Of a stretch of DNA of 64,000 nucleotides, positions 24,451-38,020 are shown one piece after another. A model generated the notes under the pieces. The model made no database searches, was not told where the DNA came from, and saw nothing but the letters and a program-made list of their open reading frames with translations. How positions within the stretch are numbered: the stretch's first letter is position 1; each line of letters begins with the position of its first letter. Made by a program: the position numbers and the translations under genes. Location: positions 63,143,798-63,207,797 of the forward strand of contig NC_068982.1 of assembly GCF_001194135.2 (NCBI RefSeq), read 5' to 3'. This DNA is from Octopus bimaculoides (taxonomy: Eukaryota).

Positions 24451-25400
24451 TCCCTCTCCCACCCACGCTGCCGCACTTGCCCCTACATCTCCAATACAAC
24501 CATCCTCACAGGCACCCATCATTGTCCCTATCATATTACCGACTCCTTTACCTGCACTTCTAGCAACGTAATTTACTGCATCTCTTGCTTTTTCTGCCAT
24601 TCTCTGTACATCGTCAAACGTGACGCCGCTGGCTGACCGGTTCGCGGACCACCTTCGAGACGTAAGACTCTCGCTATTTCCGCTCTACCGGTCATTCACT
24701 ACAACACCTGTCCACCCGAACTCCCGCCTTCGCCGTGAACTGGAATTAATCTTCTCTCTTCACTCCTTTGCACCATGTGGGCTCAACTCCCCTCCTCTCC
24801 TCTCTTCACTCCAACCCACCTCTCCTCTCCTCTCATGCTCTGATACCTACTTCCTCTCTTCACTCCTACCCTCCTTCTCGCTTCATTGATACCCCCTCCG
24901 CTAACACACCCCATCTCTATCCCTACATCTCCACCCCACACCCACATCTTCATTCGCTCCATACCCCCACGCACCCATATCAAACCACCCACACCGCCAC
25001 ACTACATCACATTACCCCACACACACTCCACACACCCACACATTATAGACGGAGACACGCACGTACACATTCACGCGTCAAAGTCACTAGCCCCTATGCA
25101 CACACATACTTTCTTACATACAATACGCACGCGCACCTTCGTTTTGGAATCACCAATACTTTATTATCTACCCTTCTTTCTACCTCTCCTGTCAAACCAT
25201 TTTTTTCCCAACCAGTCGCCATGATTAATCGCTAAATTCACAAGTTCTTTTATTCTATCTCCGTTTATTTTCTCCTATTCCTTTCTGTTGAAGAGCGCTG
25301 GCTCGAAACGTCAAAGACTTTCTCACTTCCTGAGCATCAAACTAATACACTTGCTTGTTATTCATGCACCTGTCTTCGTCTTTTGTTTTTCTGTAAATTA
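24451..25400 (+). mobile_element. Penelope-like element 3' remnant (GIY-YIG endonuclease plus terminal region with hammerhead)
   Basis: CRTCPYI...FTCTSSNVIYCISC..C..LYI / LADRFADHLRDV / ELIFSL..FAPCGLN are Penelope GIY-YIG motifs; frameshifted. Confidence 0.85.
25281..25316 (+). ncRNA. Minimal hammerhead-like motif at the 3' end of a Penelope-like element (A6-to-U core change)
   Basis: CUUU-CUGUUGA-A-GAGC(GCUG)GCUC-GAAA-CGUC-AAAG: 4-bp stem I, 4-bp stem II, ACGU palindromic stem III. Confidence 0.6.
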
Positions 25401-27649
25401 CAACTACACACACACACACACACACACACGCACATATATATGTATATATATATATATGTATATATATATGTGTGTATATATGTATTTATATATATCAAGA
25501 AGAGGTCACATATACATGTATGTGTGTGTACGCCTTTTCGTGCATTAATAGATATCAACAACTATTGTAGATCAACATTGAAACCATCATCTCAGAAGAA
25601 ATTATACGTCTTACATATAATTATGATTTATTGTTGATAAGGTGTACAATGAAGCAAAATTATTAAAATGCATTTCTCTTAAACAGTAATTCTATCGAGT
25701 CCAGGTTGAATTAATAATGAGTACATGTATAAGACATAATTTGTTATTGAGAAAATGGTTGTGAGTATCAATACAATGGAATTATAAAGCTAAGTACACA
25801 CTAAGCTAAACAAAATAGTAAATAAGTTAAATGGAAGCGGTGAGATAATGAATACATTGGAATATATATAAAAAACGCTACGCAAACGAATAGAATGAGA
25901 AATACAATGAGAAAACAGTGTTAACTTCTTCCTTAGTTACGAAGCTCAGTTTAAAAGAGACTACACTTCAGATAACCCCTTTCTGAAAAAAATCCAGAAC
26001 AAGTACATCTTGTCAACCGCTGTCGCTATGTTTGCATAACGTAGCTGTTCTGCAGAAGAGAACGATAGAATAAGTACCAGTTTTAAGAAGATAGTACTGG
26101 AGTCAAATTATTCGACTAAAACCCTTCAAAGCGGTGCCCCAGATGGCTGCAGTCTAATGACTGAAACAAGTAGAAGATATAAACGATAAAAATATAGAAA
26201 TACACTTAAATGTGTAGACAATAAAACGGTATCTACATATACAGACATATACACACACACACACTCATTACTTGTACATACAGTTTATGCTCATTTGCGG
26301 TTGTATGTATATAGTACGATGGAGTAATACGAAAAATATTGAATAACCGAAGAGTATAAATTAATTATATATTATAAGGCAATTGCTATGTTGCACATGA
26401 TATAGATATAAAAGCATAAAATAACATGATAAAATAAATGAAATACTACAATATAAATGCACCAAAGTAGAGAATATTAAAGTTCTGATGAATAATTATG
26501 ATAATCTTATTTAGCTAACATCTAATTCAAAATGAATCACATATTAGGATAATTGATTAAGCTAGAACAATGGATTAAATCATGGCAGTCTGGTAAAATA
26601 TAAAGTAAAAAATATGGAATTATTGCGTGTAAATGTTACTTAATACTATTAATGTTAAATATGACATAAGCACTTGAAATCTACTTTGCAGGAAAAATGT
26701 GCTTGCACAGTCTTTGCGGGTGTAATATCTGGAAGAGTAATGTAATATATTTGGTATAAGATAAAACAGTAAGATGAATCAGAATGAACAAGAAAATCAA
26801 TCAACGACTAATAAGCTGAATGAAATCATCGGTAGGGAGTTACTGCCTGTAAATGCCAATTCAATTTTATATTATTAATATAATATTATTAATAATGTTA
26901 TTGATATTTATAAGTTGATTTAGACAATTTCATGTACACCTGTATATTTCTGTCTAAATGGTTACAAGTATAATGTAATATAAATTCATATAGACATGAA
27001 ACATTATAGTAATAACTTTTTCGTTTTGCAAATAATTAAACATACATAAATTTTGAATCGAATTACAGTTTTGTTCTTTGTGCTCTTCTTTTTTCAGCAG
27101 GTTTCTATCAGCCCTTAAAATCTCAAGTGTTTCATGTGTACATCACAATGACAGTCTTCCCCATCTCCTTGTTATGATTCGACTAATTTTATAAAGCTCC
27201 ATTCCAAATCATATTCTCGGCCTTTAGATCTTAAATCAAATGCATGTTCTCCAAGAGAGACTGGGTGCGTTAACTTAGGGTTAGAGAATGAGTGACGATG
27301 TTTAGACTAAGTTATTTCTTTTTAAATAGTTGTTGTAGACGCTAGGTATAATTAGATGCATTTTGTGTTCTTAATGTTCATTTGCAAACAATATTTTAGC
27401 ACGCTAAGTTCCCATTTAACAGACAGCTATTAGGTTCACTACAGTTACACCTAAATGTGTTATTCCTATTGTATTAGGCAGGATTCACTAAATTATTAAA
27501 TAATATCTCGAAACTTGTTCTTGATTCATACTACTAGGATATAACATTTCTTCAATCAACTATATTAATACTAACATTGTTATAACATGCGATGAAACTA
27601 TTACAACAGAAACGATTTTCTATCATAGAGAATTTATTTACACTTCTTA

Positions 27650-28764
27650 GGAAATCTTGATCACATTTCGTGGCACTTCATGCTTGAACCTAAGTATTCT
27701 CAATTACTTTTATTCATCACTAAATTCCTAAACATTGAATTTAATAGTAGCCCTCTATTGCTCTTATTTGCAATGTGCTTGGTGCTGCTACTATAGAAGC
27801 TAGGTTATGTGTAATAGAGTAGGAAAGTTTTACGTTATAAATGTAGAGATCTACTTGTATATGTGAGGTAAAGTTGTCCTCAGAATTCCCAAAGAATATT
27901 GTTGGACCAAAGGTTTTCCTGTACGAAAGATAGAGAATGAAGGTAGGTAAGGTTTCTCTTTTTGTTTCTATTTTGAATTCTAACATTGGTTAAAACATCC
28001 ATAAGTAAAGTAGTGATATGCCTTATAATTTATTTTAGTTGAGAATCCTTCAATAAAAGGATGCTATGTCTTCTTTTCCAATCTATAAGAATGGCTTTAT
28101 CCATCAAGTAGTAATCCTTCGTATCTTCACTTCTTTGCAACCTTTTGTTCTTCTAGTAGGATGTTTCATTTTCCAAGAAGAAATACATGCTTTCAGACGA
28201 AATTCATGTGAATAATATCCAAAGAATTGGAAGGAAAGAAACAAGGCAGAAATTGTTTACAATTAGGAATTTTGCGGCACGGCATCTTGACCATCCCTTC
28301 CGCGATATTAACTTTGTCTTGGATCTTACGTGTTGACTCTTGTTTTCATTTCATTAAGCCATTATGCATCCGATTTATGTGCCTTTCTTCTACTTCACAA
28401 TTCGCCCCAAAATCTCTTACTTTCCTCTGCATTTAGGATTGTCTTCATGTTGGTTTTCATCGTTTAACACTTGATGTAGCTTCTTTTGAACTACCTGGAA
28501 AAGTATATTCTATCTGAACTGTTTCACTCATTGTTCGTACTTCTTGACTTTGTCTACTTTAGCCACCATACTCTGGTTTAATTCTTCAAAAATTTTACCT
28601 AATCCCTTGTTCTTGATTTTGCATTTGCGATCCAGATCTCTGTATTTCCCTGCTTAATTCAACTGTTTTTCTTTTTTTTTTTTTGTCCCACCAACAGCCT
28701 GGTATCTCTTGTGAGTACTTTCATTGAATCTAGGGTTCTTCTTTTCCACCATGGTTTATCATTT

Positions 28765-28770
<6 letters not shown>
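27650..28770 (-). mobile_element. R4/Dong-like LINE fragment (N-terminal ORF region to the start of RT), degenerate
   Basis: KPWWKRR...KCKIKNKGL...KKYEQ..KQFR and LEEQKG-like motifs on the minus strand with many stops. Confidence 0.65.
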
Positions 28771-28814
<44 letters not shown>

Positions 28815-28849
28815 CATTATTATCATCATTATTATTATTATTATTATTA

Positions 28850-29215
28850 TTATATGTTTGACTTTTGCTTTGAATTTGTACAAGTTGGCTCCAAGTTTCA
28901 CCCAGAGACCTCAACAGACAACAAGTTAGAAGTTCATCTTGGTGTTATGCCTAGGGTATCATATACTTGGCTTATAATTATTATTGTTCAGTAATTTTAT
29001 TTTTATAACGTGCTTTCACTTCACTACCGAGCGCAGCTCTGTGTGCCTTGGGTATGTGCTGTGGTTTGCTGTGGTGCTCTTATGGTTACTGTATTGAAAG
29101 CGTTTTGCGTAGGATGTGTGCAGTGCCCAGTAGTGCAATTTTCTGTATGTTACATATATATTTGTAAGTCCTGGTGTTTTTGTTATGTATTTGTCTGAAT
29201 ATTTTTTAAATTATA
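28850..29215 (-). mobile_element. R4/Dong-like 3' end fragments with an adjacent ATT/TAA tail
   Basis: The minus strand encodes TKTPGL...IQKIALLGTAHILRKTL, followed by UTR-like sequence and the simple-repeat tail at 28770-28850. 29010-29210 is a near copy of 29350-29540. Confidence 0.7.
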
Positions 29216-29217
29216 CC

Positions 29218-29333
<116 letters not shown>

Positions 29334-29334
29334 T

Positions 29335-29961
29335 AGGCTTATTTTTATCACGTGCTTTCACTGCACAACCGAGCGCAACTCTATGTGCCTTGGGTATGTG
29401 CTATATTTTGTTGTGGTGCTCTTATTTTCATTGTATTGAAAGTGTTTTACGTAGGATGTGTGCAGTGCCTAGAAGTGCTATTTTTGTATGCTATATATAC
29501 TTGTATGTCCTGGTGTTTTTGTTATGTATTTGTCTGAATGCTTTTTGTCATACCTAATGTGCCTACTATGATAGGAATTGTTTCTGTTTTTAAGATCCAC
29601 CTTCGAGTTACCTCTATTTTCAGATCTTTGTATTTTGAAGGTTTCTCCGTTTCTTTTAGAGAAACATTGTCATCTGTTGGTATTGATATATCGATTAGAA
29701 AGCATTATCATCATCATCATCATCATCATTAATATTAAGGTGTCAAGCTGTCAGAATCGTTATCATGCTGGGCGAAATCATTAGCATGCTGGGTATGTCG
29801 TTTGTTGCTGCGCCCTGATTCCCAATTCCACCGAGCTCAACTTTGCCTTTCACCCTTTCGGATCGATAAATTAAGTACCAGTGAAACTCTTTGGTTGATA
29901 TAATCGACTAGTCCCCTCCCACCACATTGCAGGCCTCGTGCCTTTCATAGCAGGATTATTA

Positions 29962-30008
<47 letters not shown>

Positions 30009-31870
30009 TGACATTTGGTAGTTTGCTCAGGTGCTCTCTTTGTTGGTGTTGGGAAAGTATAGACATTTCCCATTAGTGTTTGCCTTGTATGTTGTGTGCG
30101 TAATGCGATTTATGTTTTTCTGCTGGTTGTCCTACCTGTAGAGTACATGTATTTTTTTTAGATATTTACTGTATAGAGTGTACCTTGTGCTTGTGGATTA
30201 TTTTATTCGGTTTGTGCTATTGAAGGGATGGTAAACTCGGCATTCTGAGCAACTTGTGGTGGCTTGTGTTCCCAGCAAGTCTTTTTGTGAGGGAGGCTGT
30301 ATATGCAGCAATTTATGTACTGAGCTGCCCTGTCCTCTGCCATACTTTTACAAGTATTCTGTTGGTGCTAGTCTGCTGCATCAAGACATTATGTGATCGA
30401 TTGTCTCTGGGAGCTCTCCGCATAAGCGGCATGATGAGTCATTTTCATATTTCAGGACATTACTCTGGTAATCCTTGTTGGAAAGGACTGATCCTAAGCA
30501 TCAATGATATACCCTTCAGTTTCCGGTTTCAGACCGGAGGAGCATGAGAACCACTGATGTGTAAGGGCTTAATGAACATCATGGTCCCTGATTCAAGTCG
30601 GGTATTTACCATGTAGCGACCATTGTTCCAATTTCTTCTTAATATCTTGGAGGTTGGATTGTTTGGCTACGGTTTTCATTTGTTGTGCCTTGTCTGTTGG
30701 GGATATATTTACTTATGGTAGTGGCGCGTCTAGTTGTATTTCTAGGAGGTATATTTTCGAGTTTTTAGTCACTGAGTGCAACTTCTAGGTATCTTCATGT
30801 TTCAGAGTCAGTTTTAATATCCAGTGGTTTGTTTGTTGCAAGTAGGTAGAAAGGCCCATGGTTGTAATTTTCAATGAAAGTTAGGACTGTATCAACCTCT
30901 GACCGCCTTCTTTTCCCGGAAAGTATGTTTTGTTTGTGTGATGTATATGGTGCATTGTCATCAGCTTTCGTATTCTGACATCAACTTTGTTGATTTCAGA
31001 GAGAAACTAGTTTATAATCTTGAAGCTATATATGATTAAAGGCATGAATACTATTTATGACCCCAATTTTGTTTTTGGCGTTCAACTCGGTTTTCAGAAT
31101 GGCACTCACTCCTTAACTTTTCTTTGGTTAGTGAGCGTTTAATCCTATTTCCTTCACATACATTTAGATACTTGTAATTACCCTGAGGTTCTAATTCTTC
31201 TATCTCGGTGTGTACCAAAGGTGATGTTACATGTGTTTGATTGTTTTCCCTTAGTAAATGTTGCCTTGGCGCATTTGTCAAGCCCAAATTTCATCTTGAT
31301 GCTATCACTTAATTGCTTGACTGTGTATTGGAATGCCTGCAGTTATTGGTCATTTTTTTGTGAACAAGTCATCCATGTAGAGATGACAAACTGTTTTTCC
31401 ATAGGCACTGTATCCATAATTTGTTTCATTCAAGAGTTTACTAAGAGGAAACCGTGCAAAACAGAGTAACAAAGGAGATAATGAGTATCCTCGAGAGATT
31501 CCACAATCAATATTGAGTTGTCCGGTGTTTATAGTTGTCGTGTCAATGTTGAAAATTAATGTAGTTTTTCAGAGCTTCGTGATGCGAGATACACACTTTC
31601 TCATTACTGGCGAGAGTTTAAACATCTCCAAGCATTCATTTATCCAACTGTGAGGAAGACTATCAAAGTCCCTTTTGTAGTCTATCTAGGCCACTAAAAG
31701 ATGCTTTTTCCTGCTGTGAGAGTTTTCTGAATTCATTCTTTTACTGAACAGTTAATATCTGCATTAACCCCCACCTTTACATATTTTTTGTTCATCAGAG
31801 ATGATGTTGCTGATGAGAAAAGCACATGTACATTCCATTAGGAGATATGTAAGGGTATTGTACATTGTTG
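29335..31870 (-). mobile_element. R4/Dong-like LINE remnant (RT plus REL endonuclease), interrupted by a SINE and microsatellites
   Basis: IDYK..FDSLPHSW, HLYMDDL, MKFGLDKCAKATF, LIDISIPTDDNVSLKETEK..KYKDL.IE, LGTAHIL; multiple stops and frameshifts. Confidence 0.8.
29772..29950 (+). mobile_element. SINE family A copy nested in the R4/Dong remnant
   Basis: CAACTTTGCCTTTCACCCTTTCGGATCGATAAATTAAGTACCAG...ATAATCGACTAG. Confidence 0.75.
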
Positions 31871-32125
31871 TAAGGGGTTTTTTGTTTCCTCATTTATTAT
31901 TATTGCCATCATTATCATTATCATCATCATCATCATCATCATCATCATAAAGGCAGCTAGCGTTCCACCTTGATGTTTCTGCATTTTTAACTATTTAGCT
32001 ACCGTACTTCACTATTTCATTACGTATTCTCGTAGTTAAAGCTTCAAAATTTACTACATATAATGCACGTTTTACTTAGTCGTTATATCATTATGCATAC
32101 AGGTTATTTTCTCGACGCATACACA

Positions 32126-32210
<85 letters not shown>

Positions 32211-32289
32211 ACACACACACTCACACACTCACACACACACACACATATCCATTCAATTTAAACAGGTATTCCTTTGGCTGCAACGAGTG

Positions 32290-32575
32290 TTACAGTTGAT
32301 TCGATCGATGGAACAGCCTGCACGTGAAATTAACGTGCAAGTGGCTGAGCACTGTACAAACCTGCGTACACGTAACGTAATTCTTAGGGAGATTCAGCGT
32401 GACACAGAGTGTGACAATGCTGGCCCTTTGAAATACAGGTACTGCTCATTTTTGCCATCTGAATGAGGCAGCGTGAAATAAAGTGTCTTTCTCAAGAACA
32501 CAATGCGCTGCGGAGAATCGAACTCACTACCTTATGATTGTGAGCCGAATATCCTAACCACAAAGCCACACGCAT
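32290..32575 (-). mobile_element. tRNA-derived SINE (family C head and core, different 3' tail)
   Basis: Minus strand: GTGGCTTTGTGGTTAGGATATTCGGCTCAC...GAGTTCGATTC...CTTGAGAAAGACACTTTATTTCACG, then tail CAGCCACTTGCACGTTAATTTCACG shared with 61160-61513. Confidence 0.8.
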
Positions 32576-32941
32576 TTACATTCAGTTACATATAAAACAT
32601 TCTCAGAGATGAAGGTAGTTATATACACTTGCACATACATAATCGGAATTAATCGAACGACATTAAAGAGAATATCTGTAACCATTTGTTATCTGTACTT
32701 TGTATTATTTATTCAATTTATTTTCGAATTCCATTCATTGGAGTGCGCACAAGCTGTAGCGCTATCTTTATTCCTGTATTCGAGTATATCACTCATGGTT
32801 TAATAGTAATTTTATTTCTATTTTGAAGGCGTAAGGCAAATTCGTTGGAGTGCAAAGGACCATAACTTGGACGGAACCAATATCACATTGTGTTCTTGTC
32901 CAACACACTGATGCTGTCACACTACCTGGTACATACATACG

Positions 32942-33021
<80 letters not shown>

Positions 33022-33459
33022 TGGGTTACACGAACCAAAGGTAATGTATTATGATTGAACTTGGAGACGCTTACTAACAAAGCGAACTTATTAACTGTAC
33101 GGCCATGCCTGAGCCCCTCACAGTCGGATTGGTAAGAAAATGAACAGTGTTTTGGAAACTAAGGCCATAAGTGCGGTTCGTTTATTATTTATTTGCTGTA
33201 CTAACAATAACATCAGTACATTGAAGTAAATAAGAGAATTAAATATTTAGTTATATAGTTGTATCTGTTACGTCTTGTAACGTACACGAACTAGTTTCCG
33301 ATATTCATATGGTTTTTATTGTAATAATAAAGTATGAAGCGGTCAGTTGTAGCTAATTATATTAGTAGTCAATTTACCGTAATATATCGTCCCAGTGATC
33401 AAATGATCTTTTAATTTAATTTTGGTACATAGTCATTTACTTTGTCGTCTTATTTATTT

Positions 33460-33730
33460 TTATTACGTGCTTTCACCGCATAGTTGAGCACGGGTTTGTA
33501 TCTCTTAGTGTTATGTAGTCTTTAATTTTGTTTTCTATTATGCAGTGTTTAATGTTGCTGTTTCTAATATATTGATAGTGTTTTACATAATGTGTCTAAT
33601 AATCGTATTTACAGTGTGTTGTATATTCTTGTAAGTAATGACGTTTTAGTTATAAATTCATTTGCATCTCTTGCTATCATTATTACCGAAGCTTTCATGG
33701 AGATTGTTACTGTTTCCAGTACCAAATGTC
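33460..33730 (-). mobile_element. Older, decayed R4/Dong-like 3' end fragment
   Basis: Begins with ACGTGCTTTCAC like 29010 and 29350, with a similar but more diverged downstream sequence. Confidence 0.4.
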
Positions 33731-34055
33731 TAGATATTTTGCGAATATAAATTCAAATAAAGTAAAGGGATTATGCGTGTGGGTGGGAAGACAGCGAAGA
33801 AGAAGAGGAGTAGACTCCAGTAAGAAGTAGTGAGAGTATTGTGTACAGAGAACAATGGGGGAAGAAATAGAGATTGAAGGAAAGATCGTTGATGGGAGAA
33901 GTTTGTAAAAAAATTGAGATCAGTTGAAATGGCATGCAGAATCTGGAGGGAATGAGATGTGAGGAAGAAAACTGAAAATAAAGACTGAAGTGAGGACTCA
34001 GAGATTTGTAGCTGACCGATGTAAGAATGTGAAGAATGTAAAGTGAGTGAGAGAG

Positions 34056-34101
<46 letters not shown>

Positions 34102-34119
34102 NNNNNNNNNNNNNNNNNN

Positions 34120-34166
<47 letters not shown>

Positions 34167-34704
34167 AAGAGATGTCCCAAAAACTGACGAATCTATTAGA
34201 GATGGTCTAAGTGAATTTCAGTGAGGGATGGGGGAAATTACCGAAGAGATTTTATGTAAATATTGAAATCCTCTTTGGTTTGTGAAGTGTCAAATAGAAA
34301 TATCGTTGTATGATCGTATAGTTTAAAGTTGGGTCCTATAAGATGGAAAACATTTGGACTTCAACAAAGAACTATACTTACAAAAGCCCATCTTGGTTCC
34401 TGCATCTAGTTTGCTCCTGCATTTTTTGAAGGAAAAGCTACATGATAGTGCGAAGGCAATTGATTCTATTATGGATTTTGGAAAGGAAACGTACAATGAA
34501 AATGTGGAATGCTTTGAAGATGTAGCTGGTAGAATGCTACAGAGATGAGATAAGCTGCCTATAGTACTAGAGACGAGTTTTTGATTTGGAAAAGTACTGT
34601 CCTTAGGAAATTTTAGTATTTGTAAAGTTTCTCCATTTTTTGCAGAAATATTATGTTTCTTGGAAAAGACTTAACTTCTTTGGTGATAGACATCTTAAAT
34701 GATT

Positions 34705-34850
34705 TGTATAAATATTAAATCGACCCTAGTTCTTGACTTCGGAAGTCTTTATTTCATCGACTTCCGACAGATGAAAGGCAAAGCTGATTTCAGTGGGATT
34801 TGATCTCTGAACATATATAGTCGTAAGCAGACACTGCAAATATTTTGTTC
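34705..34850 (-). mobile_element. SINE family A partial, diverged copy
   Basis: AAATCGACCC...ATCGAC..GATGAAAGGCAAAG. Confidence 0.5.
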
Positions 34851-35167
34851 AATACTCGAAATCTATTCCTATTAGAGCAATTTATCTCCCTGTCTGTATG
34901 AATTACTATTATACAGATTTTGTTTATGATGTTATTGGTTTTTCATAAATACTATTAGTTTTATTATCGTGTTTCAATAGTTTTCATCTAGTTGCTACTA
35001 TATTACAAGTTGCCTTTCATGTTCCTAAGCGTGAGTATAATTTCCTTCTGGGAGTGAAGAATTATGTTTAAGTCAGCTATACTGTGCTGCGGGATTTGCT
35101 TGTTGTTTCTAGTATTATTTCGGTGTTTTTCTGTTAGGCAGAGTATGTATAATGCGAGTTGTAATAT

Positions 35168-35380
35168 GGATTTCCAAATCTGTCACAAGGTCAGCAACTT
35201 CGGGGGAGAAGTTAAGTCGATTACATCGATCCCAGTGTTCAAATGCTACTTATTTTATAGACCTCGATATGATAAACAGCAAAGTCGACCTGCGCAGAAT
35301 TTGAACTCAGAACGTAAAGACGTACAAAACGCGTTAAGCATTTTGCCCGGCGTGTTAACGATTCTGCCAGCTCGCCACTT
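35168..35380 (-). mobile_element. SINE family A copy
   Basis: GTCGATTACATCGATCCCAGTG...AAAGTCGACC..AATTTGAACTCAGAACGTAAAGACG...AACGATTCTGCCAGCTCGCC. Confidence 0.8.
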
Positions 35381-35670
35381 CAATTCGATATTCAAGAGAA
35401 TCGAGAAGGAAATTGATCTGGGACTGGGATTGAGATCATAGTTAGGATAAAACTGGAAACATAGTAGAGAATTCGCAAACTTATTGAATGAGGTACAACC
35501 ACAGGTCATAGTACAATATAGCGGGGAAACACCCACAATTCACGACAACAGAAAGAAAACCAACCGTGATATCAGAAGCATTAGTTCCGCCTATTACTCT
35601 AACAAAAGTGGCAACATTGATAGCAGAAGTAGCATTGCAAACAACAGATGCAACGCTGAAGAGCAGCCCC

Positions 35671-35704
<34 letters not shown>

Positions 35705-36049
35705 GCCATAGTGCGGAGACCAATAGCGCAATTACCTCTTTCTTTCTAAACTGGTATGGTAGATGAAAATACGAGGCAGTTACAAAAAATATGTTTCAAG
35801 GTCGAGTGGGAGCACAGCTGAGAAAACGCAAAAGGAAAGACAGAGAAAAAAAAAACAATCCTCCCATCTTCCACTAACACGTAAACCGTAAGACCAATCA
35901 CAATATACTCACAAATACAATCAATAAATACAAAGAAAGTCCGGAAAGGTGTAGGTTTCAACGAATTTCTGACAAAATTTTGCAGAAGAGACTGTTAATT
36001 CAAACTGACGCAAACATATATTCTTTCATTCTTTTGGTGCACCGCTCGT

Positions 36050-36358
36050 TAGTCGAAGAAATTGAGCCTTGGACTTATTCTTTGTAAACCTGGTACTTAT
36101 ACTATCGGTCTCTTTGCCGAACCGCTAGTTACGGGGACGTAAACACACCAAGATGGTGGAAGGACATACACAGACACGAACACACAAATATATACATATA
36201 CATATACATATACGACAGGCTTCTTTCAGTTTCCGTCTACCAAATCCACTGACAAGGCTTTGATCGGCCAGAAGTTATAATAGGAGACACTTGTCCAGTT
36301 GGACTGAACCCGGAACCATTTGGTTGGGAAGCAAGCTTCTTACCACACAGCTACGCCT
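36050..36358 (-). mobile_element. tRNA-derived SINE family B, near-complete copy (head-only copy at 13225-13312 +; 3' fragments at ~25995-26190 + and ~39630-39720 +)
   Basis: Minus strand: GGCGTAGCTGTGTGGTAGAAGCTTGCTTCCCAACCA..GGTTCCGGGTTCAGTCC (A/B boxes)...GGTAGACGGAAACTGAAAGAAGCC...TTTACGTCCCCGTAAC..GCGGTTCGGCAAAGAGACCGATAG. The head matches 13225-13312. Confidence 0.8.
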
Positions 36359-36419
36359 GACCTTTAAAAAGTATAATACATACTTTGGGCTCTTAGGTAA
36401 AACCGGACAAATTTAAGCC

Positions 36420-38020
36420 TTTCACTATTTCTTATTCGGCTAACGACACTGGATCAGAAGGAAATCCCACAGTCTAAAGGGAGTGGTATCTGCACTCTTC
36501 TTTTCTAACTTCTCTTAGAGTGGGCTAAAATAATCTAGGTAACCTGAGAACGGCTTCGAACCAAGTATATATACTCAACGACTTCAAGTCACTTGACACA
36601 GATGTTGTAGCCATTAATGAGAGCAAGATATCTGGAGAACACACTCCGTCACGCATATTTTTGATGAACAAACATGTCGCAGTCTTTCGGGGTCGAGTAG
36701 CAGAGTGGCAGCGTTACTCAGAAAATCCTTAAATTCTTACCGGAGCTGGATGTTAACGTGATGGTCTTAAACATGAGAGGTAGTGAAGTTAGTGCTTTCA
36801 GACTAGCAGTCGTCTATACCCCAACAAGTGCAGGACGGTCCTATTTCTTCAGAAGTTTGCCTTATTTCTTATAAAAGAAAAAGATCGGAAATGTATTTTG
36901 GATGCAGAACTATATTATGCTCAGCTTGCACATAAGAGGGGGCAGAAGCACCAAGAATCACTCAGATTTTAAACTGTCAGACAGATATCGAGACAGATTC
37001 CTGAATGTGCCAGCCTAGACACGGAGTAGCTGCAATTGGTTATCCAGTTCGTATTTAGAGATTTCGTTATTCCAGTAGATTAGAATAGTGTAAGTTGTCA
37101 ACTGTTCAACACAGTCAGTCGGCTACACAGACAGCAAATTTGTGACATGCAGAGTCGAAAATGGTATGACCAGTAGACAGGGATCCAGTTACTGGAAGCT
37201 GGACGCATCTTTACCTGTACACAAACACAGCAGGGACTGGATTAATGATTGAAATAATCGAGGGCAATCGTTCATAACTAGTCTCGCAGTGCACTGAAGA
37301 TGATGATTACAACAAAATCTATAGCAATTAGCAAAAAATTATCGAAAGAGAGGATTATACTGGAAGTGATATTGTTAGCAATCAAGAAGAAGCGATTAAT
37401 GAAGGTACTGCGACCAACGTGCAAGCTACGAGAATGGTTTTTGACTATATTTTGATTCAAAACTCTACTGCTGCAATATCAAAAATATCAAAGCTAGGGC
37501 TCGTGCATTAAAACACGTTGCAAAAAGTCTACTGCAAATCTCGGGAAAAAGCACGGGAGTCTTTGAAAAGTTAATAACAGCAGATGAGATTCAGGAGGCG
37601 ATGAGCTGTTGCGCGGGAAAAAAATCATCCAGTTTGGCAGGTAATTTTTCGAGTCACACGATTATATACCTGCCTTGACAATCCTATGGTAGACGTCTAG
37701 CACCATTGGGAGCTGAATGTAAGAATTTCTAGTGCTGTTAGCCGTTATGGAGTAAAGCTGCCTAGAAAGAACGCTGAAAGGGCAGATGATGCGGACAATT
37801 TTGACCCGGAGGAGAATTGAAAATTTGGATCAAAACTGGCGCTTGTTATCAGTGGACTGGTTAGTGAAGCGTGAATATGCATAATTCCAAAGAGTTCGTA
37901 CACGACAAACTCCACCTTCTGCGATACATAATGGAGAGGTTTGGTAACGAATTTTTTTTCGGTGGGGCTCTAATATATATTGATCACTAATCATTTGGAA
38001 AGTTTTGACAGTCGCCATCA
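36420..38020 (+). mobile_element. Degenerate APE+RT LINE, probably Tx1/L1 clade
   Basis: Remnants such as LAVVYTPTSAGRSYFFRSL (endonuclease) and ERADDADNF / NLHLLRYIMER-like RT segments; heavily disrupted. Confidence 0.5.
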
